A stretch of DNA of 64,000 nucleotides. Source: Nitrospirota bacterium (GTDB lineage: Bacteria > Nitrospirota > UBA9217). Made by a program: the position numbers and the translations under genes. Location: positions 70,286 through 134,285 of the forward strand of contig CAVWHO010000016.1 in the NCBI GenBank assembly GCA_963754875.1, given 5' to 3'. Each line of letters opens with the position of its first letter. The first letter of the stretch is position 1. The notes under the pieces were generated by a model, which searched no databases, was not told where the DNA came from, and saw nothing but the letters and a program-made list of their open reading frames with translations. Positions 46,244 through 56,669 of this stretch are shown in pieces.

Positions 46244-46489
46244 TTATGACTTTTTGGCGGCCTTCAAAAGTTTTTCGAGTTTATCTGATCCGACGCACTC
46301 TTTGGCGTAGGCGCACCACTCGATACAGGACGTGCCGATGGGCCGTGCATTCAAGTGACCGCACTTCTTGCACTCGGTCTCGGGCTCGTCGCTCCAGATC
46401 TCAATCTTCTCGCCGCACTTCTGGCACCGGATGTCTTCCGGTTTCGGCGACCGTATTTCCGCGCTTCCTGGACAGCCTTCTTTAAACAT
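46244..46489 (-). CDS. Small zinc-ribbon-like Cys-rich hypothetical protein
   Basis: 81 aa. CQKCGEKI...ECKKCGH forms a CxxC-x16-CxxC ribbon. An extra CIEWCAYAKEC is present. No family is recognised. Confidence 0.35.
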   Translation of the reverse strand: MFKEGCPGSAEIRSPKPEDIRCQKCGEKIEIWSDEPETECKKCGHLNARPIGTSCIEWCAYAKECVGSDKLEKLLKAAKKS

Positions 46490-46550
46490 GGTCTTACTCT
46501 ACACGACTTGCATCACTACGGCTATGATCTACATCATACCTTCCGTGAGC

Positions 46551-47357
46551 TTAATTCTTGACCGTCTCTTTTACGGCATCGATGATCTCGATTTTAAAAT
46601 TATAGGGAATGATTGCCCGGTCTACTTCAACCGGAATAAAAAGATTGAACGACTTTCCCTTCAGACCCGCTGCAACATCACTGTCGAGCGGGAACAGCGG
46701 GTGAATGTCGTATCCCCTTCTTTGCTGGGAAAGAAACACATTGGTCACCGGGATCACGGCTTCCTGTATCGAGCTCTTTGCCAGGACGATCTGATCAGGG
46801 AACGGGTTATTCCTGTCCGGGAAACGGACCGTTGAAGGCATGATCCGGTGCGTCTGGTTGTTCACATCACTGTACTCGGAACGTTCCCACAAGATCCTGA
46901 CATCGCGATCGCTTCGGTTGTCGAAGCGCATGTTGAACGACTGCTCCCCGACTGTGAAAGCGATCGCAATGACCCTGTCCCGGAACCGCAGTTCATTCGA
47001 TGCCACGGGGTCCGTCATCCGGAATTTCAAGCCATACTTCGCGAGATTCTGGATAATCTTCTCGAGCCTGATATTGAGCGTCTCTCCCGTTTTGACGTCC
47101 TGGAGAGGGACGACCCTCGGTTTATAATTTTCTTTCTGTACTTCGAGAATCGCTTTCGACGCAAGCGCGGGGTCGGTCGGCACGTCGGCCGTTACCGTTG
47201 CCGGTGAGCGATACGTCTGTTCCTTCAAGTCCTTACCGGAGACGACCCTGATGACCGCATCCGGCGGATCGGCAAACACTTTGAAGTTCTTCGTGACCGT
47301 GCTTGAGCAACCAGCTGCAAGGACCGCTGCAAGGGCCACCACAACATATCGTCTCAT
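46551..47357 (-). CDS. Hypothetical lipoprotein
   Basis: 268 aa with a signal peptide and lipobox (ALAAVLAAGCSS). No recognisable domain. Confidence 0.5.
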   Translation of the reverse strand: MRRYVVVALAAVLAAGCSSTVTKNFKVFADPPDAVIRVVSGKDLKEQTYRSPATVTADVPTDPALASKAILEVQKENYKPRVVPLQDVKTGETLNIRLEKIIQNLAKYGLKFRMTDPVASNELRFRDRVIAIAFTVGEQSFNMRFDNRSDRDVRILWERSEYSDVNNQTHRIMPSTVRFPDRNNPFPDQIVLAKSSIQEAVIPVTNVFLSQQRRGYDIHPLFPLDSDVAAGLKGKSFNLFIPVEVDRAIIPYNFKIEIIDAVKETVKN

Positions 47358-47426
47358 TTATCCCTCCTCATAACACCTATGAACCATATAATAGTACCAT
47401 ATCCGGTCCGGGCTGTCACAAAAATC

Positions 47427-48644
47427 TCATTGCAGCACCACGTTGAACTCCAATTCCTTGTTTCCCAGCAGAAAAGGCTTCCGCATCACCTTCACCTTGA
47501 TGGTTTCACCATGGTGTTTATAAAAAAGCACGATCTTGAGATCGTCAATCGTTCTGACCGGCGAGCCGTCAACGTCCAGGAGGACATCACCGGACCTGAG
47601 ACCCGCCTTTCGGGAAACGCTGTCCGCGGGAAAATCCGTAATCAGGACCTTGACGCCCTCCTCCTTGAGCATGACCATCAGTTTGGGTGCAGTCACGCCC
47701 TCCTCCTCCTCGGAGAATATCAGGTAGTCGGCGATGCCCCGGTCCACATCAGCATCGTTCAGGATGGTCACATACTCATAGCCATTGCGCCGGAAAGCCC
47801 GTTTAGGAATTCCCGAGCCGTAGGCAAGGTGTCCCGATCCCGCAACCACGATCATTTGGCGCAAGGGGTTCTTCCGCAGATACTCATCAAGGGACATTGC
47901 CATGGTCTCGTCCCAGAGCACCTGTGCTTCATAAAAAAAATCGAAATTCATTTCTTCGCGGTTTTTATGCTCCGCGAAGGCTTGTTTCAACCGGTCGCGG
48001 TAGTCGTTATCGGAGAGGTCCAACTGCGAGGGGATATCCTTTTTTTCTTCGACGGAGAGGGAAGCGACGCCGCCCTTCGCCACTTTATCGATGATTTCCC
48101 TCTTCGCGTTCAAGGCAACGACCGGGATCTTCTCGGCCCGGGCGAAGTCGAGGATCGGCTTGTACAAATTGAAGTCAAAAACCCATCGCGAAAAATATTC
48201 CGTCTTCTTGAGGAACTCCCGCTCCCCGATTGCCCCGCCGATATAGTCATCCAGCACCTGTTGGAAAGGTCGCTGAAACATCTCCATGCCGATGGCGATC
48301 CTTGGGTTCTTTTTGAACAGTCCCTTGATGACCTGCAGCTCGACGGTATGGTTGCTGAAGCGGTCGTGATATTCCCCCACGTAAACGATCTTTTTACTTG
48401 CAACCTGTTCAATGACGCGGGAAAGCGTCTTGAGGTCCGCCATGTCGATGGCCACGGGCTCCGTTCCCTGTTCCATAGTCTTTTTCTTCTCCGATCCGGG
48501 TTTTTTTTGTGAGATCGCTTCCTGCGAGCCAGCTGGCGAAGAGCCGGCTTCACTGGAAGACGCGATGCAATCCCTTGTCCTTGAGGACAGAAGGAGGAGA
48601 GTGGCAAAAATAACAATCCCGATACTAACATATTGTTTTTTCAT
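47427..48644 (-). CDS. ChaN-like (haem-binding/uptake, Tiki/TraB superfamily) secreted protein with a C-terminal PDZ domain
   Basis: 405 aa with a signal peptide. IVYVGEYHDRFSNHTVELQVIKGL...IGMEMF...VVAGSGHLAYGSGIP matches the ChaN/Cofac_haem_bdg pattern. The C-terminal RSGDVLLDVDGSPVRTIDDLKIVL is PDZ-like. Confidence 0.55.
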   Translation of the reverse strand: MKKQYVSIGIVIFATLLLLSSRTRDCIASSSEAGSSPAGSQEAISQKKPGSEKKKTMEQGTEPVAIDMADLKTLSRVIEQVASKKIVYVGEYHDRFSNHTVELQVIKGLFKKNPRIAIGMEMFQRPFQQVLDDYIGGAIGEREFLKKTEYFSRWVFDFNLYKPILDFARAEKIPVVALNAKREIIDKVAKGGVASLSVEEKKDIPSQLDLSDNDYRDRLKQAFAEHKNREEMNFDFFYEAQVLWDETMAMSLDEYLRKNPLRQMIVVAGSGHLAYGSGIPKRAFRRNGYEYVTILNDADVDRGIADYLIFSEEEEGVTAPKLMVMLKEEGVKVLITDFPADSVSRKAGLRSGDVLLDVDGSPVRTIDDLKIVLFYKHHGETIKVKVMRKPFLLGNKELEFNVVLQ

Positions 48645-48934
48645 GTGTTCCCCGTATCCGAGATATAAAATAATGATCTCATATTACCAGAAAATGCGCA
48701 GGATGGCTATGTTTCCATCATAGGTTAATTGATATACGTGCTTTACCGTGTTACCTGAGCGAACTTAATGAAGTCAAAAAAGCCTAAGTTACCACGGAGT
48801 CAGCCAAGTAAACCACTCCGGGACCAGTTTCGGCCTTGCAGGAAACTCAGAAAAAACAGAATTTTATTATCTCTGTGCCGTCGTGTATTTGGTGCCTTTT
48901 TATGAGATTATGAATTTTAAAATGACAAATTGAC

Positions 48935-48963
48935 TTGAATTTGCTTAAATAGATATCTATAAT
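48935..48963 (+). promoter_or_regulatory. Sigma-70-type promoter TTGAAT-17-TATAAT upstream of the dksA-like gene
   Basis: cTTGAATttgcttaaatagatatcTATAATgg, about 45 nt before the ATG at 49010. Confidence 0.5.
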
Positions 48964-49009
48964 GGTTTCTTAGTACCGACTCTGGACATCAAGAGGGGGA
49001 ATTTCGAAT

Positions 49010-49594
49010 ATGGCTGCAAAAAAGAGCGCCAAGAAGAAAGCTGCCAAACAGGTCAAAAAGAAGGTGGCAAAAAAATCTACCAGAAAAGCAACAGTAAAAG
49101 CCGCAAAGAAAGCGGTCAAGAAAGTCGTTAAAAAAACTGCTCGCAAGGCGGTCTCTGCCAAAAAGGCCGCTGAACCGAAACCCATTCGAGTTTCTCCGGC
49201 CGTGCAAAAACGCCACGAACTCCTGAAGAAAATCCTTCTGAAAAAGCGAAATGAAGTGGTAGACGGCCTGGAAACGCAGATGGGCCGCAGGCTGACGAGG
49301 GACATGGGCCAGAAGATCGACTCGGCAATGGACAGCGCCGATCAGTCCGCGCTGGACGTTGATCAGGGCATCGACTATTCCCTGCTGGAAATGAAGTACG
49401 AACAGTACAAGGACATCGCCGACGCCTTCCGCAAGCTCCAGAACAAAACCTTCGGCCTCTGCGAGGAATGCGGCGAAGAGATCGACATCAAGCGGCTCGA
49501 GGTGAACCCTCTCGCCAGGTACTGTATCTCCTGCAAAACGAAAAAAGAAGAAATCGAGAGGATACAGAAGGAAGAAACGAGATTCAAGGAGTAG
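49010..49594 (+). CDS. DksA/TraR-family C4 zinc-finger protein with a histone-H1-like Lys/Ala-rich N-terminal tail
   Basis: The N-terminal 60 aa is AKK/KKV repeats. The C-terminus (FGLCEECGEEIDIKRLEVNPLARYCISCKTKKE) is the DksA/TraR CxxC-x17-CxxC finger with a preceding coiled-coil. Confidence 0.75.
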   Translation: MAAKKSAKKKAAKQVKKKVAKKSTRKATVKAAKKAVKKVVKKTARKAVSAKKAAEPKPIRVSPAVQKRHELLKKILLKKRNEVVDGLETQMGRRLTRDMGQKIDSAMDSADQSALDVDQGIDYSLLEMKYEQYKDIADAFRKLQNKTFGLCEECGEEIDIKRLEVNPLARYCISCKTKKEEIERIQKEETRFKE

Positions 49595-49778
49595 GTTTTC
49601 AAACACAGCCTCACGGAGTCTTAATCCGGGTTCAAACCGTGTGCAGCCTCTGCCCCGCGTCTCTTACGAGAGACACAGAGCGGGGGAGCCGCCTGTGTTA
49701 CGTAAGTTCGTGGTCAGTTACGGTTTTTCTTGACAAAAAGGCAGTAATCCAGTATCTTATGCCTCTAATTTTTCTTGG

Positions 49779-49854
49779 GGCGGTGTAGCTCAGCTGGTAG
49801 AGCAGGGGAATCATAATCCCTGTGTCCGGGGTTCGAGTCCCTGCACCGCCACCA
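49779..49854 (+). tRNA. tRNA with anticodon CAT (elongator Met or lysidine-modified Ile2), with CCA encoded
   Basis: The cloverleaf reads by hand: acceptor ggcggtg/caccgcc, D-arm gctc-agctggta-gagc, anticodon stem gggga/tccct with loop atCATaa, T-arm ccggg-gttcgagt-cccgg, then discriminator A and CCA. G1-C72 and A31-U39 argue against an initiator. Confidence 0.9.
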
Positions 49855-49889
49855 TTTTTCCCTTCACTGAACTCATTTTCCCCTTTTCC

Positions 49890-51278
49890 ATGCTGCTCAA
49901 TAAAATCAAAGACACTATCTCGCGTTTTGTCATGCTGGAACCTGGAAACCGGGTGCTTGTAGCCGTCTCGGGTGGACCGGATTCGGTATGCCTCCTTTCT
50001 GCCCTCCACGCTCTTTCCGCGGAATTAAAAATTTCCCTGCATATCGCCCATCTCGATCATATGTTCCGGGGTAAGGAGTCGGCAGAGGAAGCGAACTTCG
50101 TCGACGACCTGGGCAGGAAGCTGGGTATCCCGTCCACCATCGAACACATCGATGTCCCCTCCTATTGCCGTGAACACGGCCTCTCCCCCCAAGTCGGGGC
50201 GCGGGAAGTGCGGTACTCGTTCTTATCGCGGGTCGCGCTGTCGGCAGGAGCCGCTCGGGTCGCAACAGGACACACGGCCACGGACCAGGCGGAAACGTTC
50301 CTGATGCGTCTCCTTCGCGGCGCCGGGGCCGCTGGGCTTTCGGCCATTCCGCCCGTACGCAGAAACATCATCAGACCGCTTATCGAATCAACGAGAGATG
50401 ATGTCCTGGAATATCTCGGGACTACCGGCCTGTCGTACGTGACCGATCCCTCGAATGCCAAGCCGCTCTACACGCGAAACAGGATCAGGCTGGAGCTTCT
50501 GCCGGTTTTGAAGCGGTTTAATCCCCGCATCGAAGAAAGACTCGCTTCAGAGGCCGGCCTGCTTCGTGACGAAGACTCGGCGATCGATGCGCACCTTGAA
50601 ACTATTATGGAAAGCATTATCACAAAAGATCACGATTTCCTCACAATGAGACGGGATGAATTCAATGCCCTGCCCCATGCCTTCCGGCGCAGGATTTTCA
50701 GAACAATCACAGCCCTGGTCGGCCGGGAACCATCGGAACTGTCCCTGGTCCAGATCGATGAGACGCTTGCTTTCATGGCCACGTCTCAGACGGGCAGGTC
50801 CATGAACCTGCCGCGCGGTCTCGCGGTTGGGCGTGAGTACGATCGGTTCATCATCGGCACGTCAAGTGCTGTACAGGACTTTTCCTATGCGCTTGCCCTT
50901 CCCGGAACCACACTGATTCCCGAGCTCGGCCTGGCCGTGGAAACGCGGCTCACGGGAGACGGGGAAGAACATCCGGAGGGAGAAAATAATCTCTGGCAGG
51001 CCGTGTTCGATTATGATAAAATAAGCCCGCTTTTGACTGCCAGAAACAGACGTCCGGGCGATACGTTCTGCCCTTCGGGCATGGGAGGCAAGAGCAAAAA
51101 GCTTCAGGACTATCTGGTCGACAAAAAGGTCCCGCAACGGCAGCGGGGCAGGGTTCCTCTCCTCTATGCAGGAGCAGACCTCATTTGGGTCGTGGGATAC
51201 AGGACGGATTTCCGGTTCCTGCCCGGACCCGACACGACGCGGACGTTGGTCGTCAGCGTAAAACGACGACAGGTATAA
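49890..51278 (+). CDS. tilS: tRNA(Ile)-lysidine synthetase
   Basis: The PP-loop SGGPDS in VLVAVSGGPDSVCLL, HLDHMFRG and the TilS C-terminal domain are present. It starts 36 nt after the tRNA-CAT gene. Confidence 0.85.
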   Translation: MLLNKIKDTISRFVMLEPGNRVLVAVSGGPDSVCLLSALHALSAELKISLHIAHLDHMFRGKESAEEANFVDDLGRKLGIPSTIEHIDVPSYCREHGLSPQVGAREVRYSFLSRVALSAGAARVATGHTATDQAETFLMRLLRGAGAAGLSAIPPVRRNIIRPLIESTRDDVLEYLGTTGLSYVTDPSNAKPLYTRNRIRLELLPVLKRFNPRIEERLASEAGLLRDEDSAIDAHLETIMESIITKDHDFLTMRRDEFNALPHAFRRRIFRTITALVGREPSELSLVQIDETLAFMATSQTGRSMNLPRGLAVGREYDRFIIGTSSAVQDFSYALALPGTTLIPELGLAVETRLTGDGEEHPEGENNLWQAVFDYDKISPLLTARNRRPGDTFCPSGMGGKSKKLQDYLVDKKVPQRQRGRVPLLYAGADLIWVVGYRTDFRFLPGPDTTRTLVVSVKRRQV

Positions 51279-51366
51279 TGCAAGGTTCACAATGCACGAG
51301 AGAAGGGCGTCGTGCATCCGGCATCAGGCTGCGCGCCGTACATTGTCATTTTTCGAGGAGGAATTC

Positions 51367-51897
51367 ATGGTAGGTATCGATTTCGGCAAACCGCTTTTTA
51401 CGAGCGAAGAAATTCAACGGAAGATCCACGAACTCGGATCAAGACTCTCTGCAGATTATGCCGAGAAGGACCTGCTGGTTGTGGGCGTGCTCAAGGGCGC
51501 CATATTTTTCATGTCCGATCTGCTTCGTTCGCTGAAAATCTCCGTCCGGATGGATTTCATTCACTGCACCAGTTCCAAAGGCAGCCATCCTGTCCAGATC
51601 ATCGCCGACATGAAGGAGGACATCAAGGGAAAAGACGTCCTTCTTGTAGAGGACATCATGGACTCGGGCGTCACCGTCGATTTCGTGAAGAAAATGCTGC
51701 TGGAACGCGGTCCTGCATCGCTCAAGGTCTGCGTGCTCCTGGACAAGCCCGGACGAAGGAAAGTGCAGATCGAGGCTGACTACCTCGGCTTTCGCATCCC
51801 GAACAAATATGTCGTCGGCTACGGTCTGGATTACAAGGACCGGTACCGAAATTTGCCGTACATCGCCGTACTCCCGTACGAGGAACGGCAAGCGTAA
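51367..51897 (+). CDS. hpt: Hypoxanthine-guanine phosphoribosyltransferase
   Basis: VLLVEDIMDSGVTVDFV is the PRPP-binding motif. The length and position match the conserved tilS-hpt-ftsH order. The start is set at the internal ATG (MVGIDFG). The ORF track extends it 25 codons upstream. Confidence 0.85.
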   Translation: MVGIDFGKPLFTSEEIQRKIHELGSRLSADYAEKDLLVVGVLKGAIFFMSDLLRSLKISVRMDFIHCTSSKGSHPVQIIADMKEDIKGKDVLLVEDIMDSGVTVDFVKKMLLERGPASLKVCVLLDKPGRRKVQIEADYLGFRIPNKYVVGYGLDYKDRYRNLPYIAVLPYEERQA

Positions 51898-51962
51898 CCC
51901 CCCCGAACGAGCCTCAAACAGGATAAATTTGTTGTCACGCTGTCTTCAATATGTTAATATAA

Positions 51963-53810
51963 ATGAATTCCGATAGGATTGGACACCTGTCGGCTTTTCA
52001 GGAGGTTCCCTTCGTGAGTGCATTCTATAAAAATCTGGCACTGATACTGCTGTTCGTCGTGGTATCGGTGCTCATCTTTAATCTGTTCAACCCCGTGAGC
52101 CAGACGGCGATGCAGATCCCCTTCAGCGACGTCATGGACAAGATCTCGAACGGTGAAGTGAACGACGTTACGATCAAGGGCGCAGAAATGTCCGGCACGT
52201 TCAAGACCGGCAAGTCCTTTAAGACGAATCTTCCCGACTATCCTGACCTGGTCAAGGATCTGCGGACCAAGGGTGTCAAGATCAACGTGGAACCGATCAA
52301 GGAATCAGGATGGTACAACTTCCTCGTGGTATGGGCACCGCTCATCCTCATGGCGCTCTGGTTCTTGTTCATCATGCGCAACATGCAGATGGGCGGAAAC
52401 AAGGCCATGTCCTTCGGCAAAAGCAAGGCCAAACTCCTGAACGAAAGCTCCAAGAAGGTGACCTTCAATGAGGTTGCCGGCATGGATGAAGCGAAGGTGG
52501 AAGTCCAGGAGATCATCGAGATCCTGAAGGACCCGCAGAAGTTCCAGAAACTAGGCGGCAAGATCCCCAAGGGAGTGCTGCTGGTCGGCCCTCCGGGCAC
52601 GGGAAAGACGCTCCTTGCGCGCGCTATTGCGGGCGAGGCGGGCGTGCCGTTCCTTTCGATCAGCGGTTCGGATTTCGTCGAGATGTTCGTGGGTGTGGGC
52701 GCATCCCGTGTCCGCGACCTCTTCGAGCAGGGCAAGAAGAATGCTCCCTGCATCATCTTTATCGACGAAATCGACGCCGTGGGCAGGCACCGCGGTGCAG
52801 GCCTCGGCGGCGGCCACGATGAACGCGAGCAGACGTTAAACCAGCTTTTGGTCGAGATGGATGGTTTTGAAAGCAACGAAGGAGTCATCCTCGTGGCCGC
52901 AACGAACCGGCCCGACGTGCTCGATCCGGCATTGCTCCGTCCCGGCAGGTTCGACCGCCAAGTCGTGATCCCCCGGCCCGATTTGAACGGAAGGGTCGGC
53001 GTTTTGAAGGTCCATACGCAGAAGATAAAGCTTGCCCCGCACGTTGATCTTGAAGCGATTGCCCGCGGCACCCCCGGGCTCTCCGGAGCAGAACTCGCGA
53101 ACCTCGTGAATGAAGCAGCGCTCCTCGCCGGCAGAATGGGCAAGACACAGGTTGAAAACGACGACTTCGACCGCGCGAAGGACAAAGTCCTCATGGGCCT
53201 TGAACGGAGGTCCATGATTATCAGCGACGAAGAAAAGAAGAACACGGCGTACCATGAGGCGGGTCATACTATGGTCGCAAGGCTCATTCCCGGCACCGAC
53301 CCCGTGCACAAGGTCTCGATCATCCCGCGCGGCATGGCCTTGGGTATCACGCTCCAATTACCGACTGCTGACCGCTACTCCTATGACCGGGAACATCTCT
53401 TGAACAACATAGCAATCCTGCTCGGCGGCAGGGCTGCGGAGGAAATCGCACTCAAGCACATGACCACCGGCGCAGGCAATGATATCGAACGCGCGACGGC
53501 GCTCGCCCGAAAAATGGTGACCGAATGGGGCATGAGCGACAAGATGGGCCCCCTCGCCTACGGCAAGAAGGAAGAGCAGATATTCCTCGGCCGCGAGATT
53601 GCACAGCACCGCGACTACAGCGAGCATACGGCCATTGAGATCGACGAAGAAGTCAAACGCATCGTATCGGACAACTACGAACGGGCCAAAAAATTGATCA
53701 GCGACCGCCGGGAAACGCTCGACCAGCTTACCAAGGCACTCCTTGAGAAGGAAACACTCGACGCTTCCGAAATCGATGCCATTGTCAACGGCCAGCCCGC
53801 GGTGGCGTAG
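51963..53810 (+). CDS. ftsH: FtsH ATP-dependent zinc metalloprotease
   Basis: Two N-terminal TM helices, then Walker A GPPGTGKT, the second region of homology, and the zinc-binding HEAGH. Confidence 0.95.
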   Translation: MNSDRIGHLSAFQEVPFVSAFYKNLALILLFVVVSVLIFNLFNPVSQTAMQIPFSDVMDKISNGEVNDVTIKGAEMSGTFKTGKSFKTNLPDYPDLVKDLRTKGVKINVEPIKESGWYNFLVVWAPLILMALWFLFIMRNMQMGGNKAMSFGKSKAKLLNESSKKVTFNEVAGMDEAKVEVQEIIEILKDPQKFQKLGGKIPKGVLLVGPPGTGKTLLARAIAGEAGVPFLSISGSDFVEMFVGVGASRVRDLFEQGKKNAPCIIFIDEIDAVGRHRGAGLGGGHDEREQTLNQLLVEMDGFESNEGVILVAATNRPDVLDPALLRPGRFDRQVVIPRPDLNGRVGVLKVHTQKIKLAPHVDLEAIARGTPGLSGAELANLVNEAALLAGRMGKTQVENDDFDRAKDKVLMGLERRSMIISDEEKKNTAYHEAGHTMVARLIPGTDPVHKVSIIPRGMALGITLQLPTADRYSYDREHLLNNIAILLGGRAAEEIALKHMTTGAGNDIERATALARKMVTEWGMSDKMGPLAYGKKEEQIFLGREIAQHRDYSEHTAIEIDEEVKRIVSDNYERAKKLISDRRETLDQLTKALLEKETLDASEIDAIVNGQPAVA

Positions 53811-53819
53811 GAGGCAGGC

Positions 53820-54980
53820 ATGGGGCCTGTTCTTCGGATTTCCGGCCATGAAGTGTTCTCTATAACCGTGGATGGGCTCACGTCCGGACAGGAAGCGGCC
53901 ATCCGCGACGCCATTACCGCATCAGACAACGGGGCAGGTCTTGGACTTGCCCCGTTTTTTTCTTCCTCGCAGCCTTTTTCGGAACTGGTTCTGAGCGGGA
54001 CCGGGGACCGGATCAAGCGCGCCTCCCGAATGATTTCTGCCTCCGGCGGTTTTACCGCTGAACTTTCAAAAAAAATTGACTCTCTTCTTGACAACTATGC
54101 ACGCTCAGATTATAAGATTGAGTGCAAGGGGAAAGTTCTCGATGTCGGCAGCCGCACCCATATCATGGGCATCCTGAACGTGACTCCTGATTCGTTCTCC
54201 GACGGAGGCCTGTTCGCTGATGTGGAAAAAGCTATTTCCCATGCATGGGAAATGGCAACAGCAGGAGCGGACATCATCGACATCGGAGGAGAATCAACCA
54301 GGCCGGGGTCGGAACCCCTTGCCGAAGAAGAAGAACTGCGAAGGATCATCCCGCTCATTGAGCGGTTGTCAAAAGAACTGACCGTCCCCATTTCCGTCGA
54401 CACTTACAAAGCATCAGTGGCAAAAAAGGCGCTCGAAGCAGGCGCCTCCATCGTAAACGACATCAGCGGCCTCCGGTTCTCGCCGGACATGGCAAGAGTG
54501 GTTGCCGAGCACGGAGCGGCCGTCATCATCATGCACATCAAAGGCACGCCGCGCAACATGCAGCAGGACCCGGTGTATGATGATGTGATCGGAGAAATCA
54601 TAGCCTACCTCGACGAAGGGATCGCGATTGCCGAGCGGGCCGGTGTTGACCGGGAAAAAACGCTTATCGACCCCGGCATAGGATTCGGGAAAACACCCGA
54701 GCACAACCTCACGATCCTGGACCGGCTCGATGAGTTCCGGGCCCTCGGCAGACCGATCGTACTCGGGACATCGAGGAAGAAGTTTATCGGCACGGTCTTG
54801 GATATTCCGGCACCCGAGCAGCGCGTCGAGGGAACAGCCGCAACCGTGGCTATCGGGATCGACCGGGGCGCGAACGTCGTACGGGTCCACGACGTGGCGC
54901 GCGTGGCGCAGGTCGTCCGGATGACCGATGCGATCGTTCGAGCAGGCATCAAACACCAAATCACCTATGAACACGAGTGA
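53820..54980 (+). CDS. folP: Dihydropteroate synthase with an about 110-aa N-terminal extension of unknown function
   Basis: The pterin-binding core from HIMGILNVTPDSFSDGG through DIGGESTRPG, NDISG and GIGFGKT is DHPS. The preceding 110 aa (MGPVLRISGHEVFSITVDGLTSGQEAAIRDA...) has no recognisable match. Confidence 0.8.
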   Translation: MGPVLRISGHEVFSITVDGLTSGQEAAIRDAITASDNGAGLGLAPFFSSSQPFSELVLSGTGDRIKRASRMISASGGFTAELSKKIDSLLDNYARSDYKIECKGKVLDVGSRTHIMGILNVTPDSFSDGGLFADVEKAISHAWEMATAGADIIDIGGESTRPGSEPLAEEEELRRIIPLIERLSKELTVPISVDTYKASVAKKALEAGASIVNDISGLRFSPDMARVVAEHGAAVIIMHIKGTPRNMQQDPVYDDVIGEIIAYLDEGIAIAERAGVDREKTLIDPGIGFGKTPEHNLTILDRLDEFRALGRPIVLGTSRKKFIGTVLDIPAPEQRVEGTAATVAIGIDRGANVVRVHDVARVAQVVRMTDAIVRAGIKHQITYEHE

Positions 54981-55216
54981 AAGTACCCCGCAGCAGAGCT
55001 GCGGGGCATCTGGCCTTGGAACCTAAAGATACATCGAAACAAGAGGCTAATCCTGACTACGTCAGGATGTCCTTTTCATCCCAGCAGCAGAGCTGCTGGG
55101 TATTTCAGGACGCTTTTATAAACACAGGCAAAAACCGCACAGCTTGGAATTTAGAGATTGCCGCTTGGGATTCATTCGGGATGTGAGATTCGCAATTTGG
55201 GACTTTTCTTTGCTCA

Positions 55217-56011
55217 ATGCTCAATAATTTCACTGACATACGCGGTGCCCTTGCACACTTCCGCTGGTTCAACGATACAGTAGACATCGCGCTGGTATAT
55301 TATCTTTTTTACCGGCTGCTCCTTCTCATCAAGGGCACGCGCGCATTCCAGATGCTCATCGGCATTGGTCTGATCGTACTGGTACTCGTTGCCTCCCAGA
55401 CGTTCGAATTCTTCACCCTCGACTGGCTCATTCATAGTTTCTGGTCCCAGATCGTGCTCGCTGTCGTGATCCTGTTCCAGCCCGAGATCAGAAGGACCCT
55501 CGCCCGGGTCGGCGAACGCCCTCTGTTCCGGTCACTCTCAACGGTTGAAGGCTCCAAGTTCATCGAGGAAACGGTCAAGGCGGCCGTATCCATGGCGAAC
55601 AAGCGGATTGGGGCGCTCATCGTGCTCGAACGGGACACCGATCTCACGACGATCGTAGAGATGGGCACCGATCTCGATGCCAAAGTCACCAAGGAGATCC
55701 TGGTGAGCATCTTCCTCCCCTACTCCCCGATCCACGATGGCGCCGCCATAATCAGGAACGGGAGGATCGTTGCCGCCGGCTGTTTCCTGCCGCTCACGCT
55801 TTCATCGAACCTTTCAAAGGCGCTCGGTACACGCCACCGAGCCGCGGTCGGTCTCACGGAAGAAGCGGACGCCGTGGTGGTGGTCGTATCGGAGGAAACC
55901 GGCGAAATTTCCGTGGTCAGGAACGGCGCGATCGAGCACAATACAGACGCGTCTGCGCTCAGGACGACGCTATCCAATATTTTCATCCAGAGGAAAAATA
56001 GGAAGGCATAG
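55217..56011 (+). CDS. cdaA: Diadenylate cyclase (c-di-AMP synthase) CdaA/DacA
   Basis: Three N-terminal TM helices, then a DisA_N/DAC domain with the DGA motif (IHDGAAII) and RHRAA (GTRHRAAVGL). Confidence 0.85.
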   Translation: MLNNFTDIRGALAHFRWFNDTVDIALVYYLFYRLLLLIKGTRAFQMLIGIGLIVLVLVASQTFEFFTLDWLIHSFWSQIVLAVVILFQPEIRRTLARVGERPLFRSLSTVEGSKFIEETVKAAVSMANKRIGALIVLERDTDLTTIVEMGTDLDAKVTKEILVSIFLPYSPIHDGAAIIRNGRIVAAGCFLPLTLSSNLSKALGTRHRAAVGLTEEADAVVVVVSEETGEISVVRNGAIEHNTDASALRTTLSNIFIQRKNRKA

Positions 56012-56012
56012 C

Positions 56013-56669
56013 ATGGATGTCCGGAAACTTCTCTTCGAAAATTGGGGCATCAAACTCCTCTCGCTGGTTTTATCGGTCTCTCTTTGGTTCTATGTCACTT
56101 CAAAAGGCAAGACCGAGATGACGCTCACCGTGCCGCTCGAGCTGCGAAACATCCCGCAAAACATGGCCGTGGTCGGTAACGTGGCCGGTTCCCTCGACGT
56201 GCGTGTGCAAGGACAGGAGCGGGCGCTCCGTGACATTACGATCGGGAAAAAGGTGTATGGTTCCCTCGACCTGTCCCTGACCAAAATCGGCGAGAATGTC
56301 GTGCCAATTTCGCCCGACGATATTCGCCGGCCTTCAGGGGTGACCGTCATGCATATTTCCCAGTCAGAAGTCAAAGTGAAGCTGGAACCGCTAGTACGAA
56401 AAACCTTCCGCCTCAAGCCCATCCTCTATGGCCTTCCCGCCGCAGGCTATCGTGTCAGAAGGATTGCAGTCACTCCTCACCACATAACGGCGGAAGGCCC
56501 GGAAAGTGTTATCAAGACACTGGAAAGCCTCCAAACCATGCCGATCGACGTTCAGGGGGCAACCACGGGCTTGACCGTCGAACCCAAGATCGACTATCAG
56601 GGGAAATCAATCAAGATCATTGATACCAATATATCTGTCCGGATAACAATCGAAAGGGCAAACAGATGA
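56013..56669 (+). CDS. cdaR: CdaR/YbbR-like regulator of CdaA
   Basis: N-terminal TM, then YbbR-like repeats. It starts 1 nt after the cdaA stop. The start is set at the ATG (MDVRKLLF). The ORF track's upstream extension overlaps cdaA out of frame. Confidence 0.65.
   Translation: MDVRKLLFENWGIKLLSLVLSVSLWFYVTSKGKTEMTLTVPLELRNIPQNMAVVGNVAGSLDVRVQGQERALRDITIGKKVYGSLDLSLTKIGENVVPISPDDIRRPSGVTVMHISQSEVKVKLEPLVRKTFRLKPILYGLPAAGYRVRRIAVTPHHITAEGPESVIKTLESLQTMPIDVQGATTGLTVEPKIDYQGKSIKIIDTNISVRITIERANR

Noticed and set aside
49779-49854. tRNA-CAT as initiator tRNA-fMet.
   Set aside because: Position 1-72 is a G-C pair rather than the C1-A72 mismatch. The anticodon stem has A31-U39 rather than three consecutive G-C pairs. 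Both argue against an initiator.
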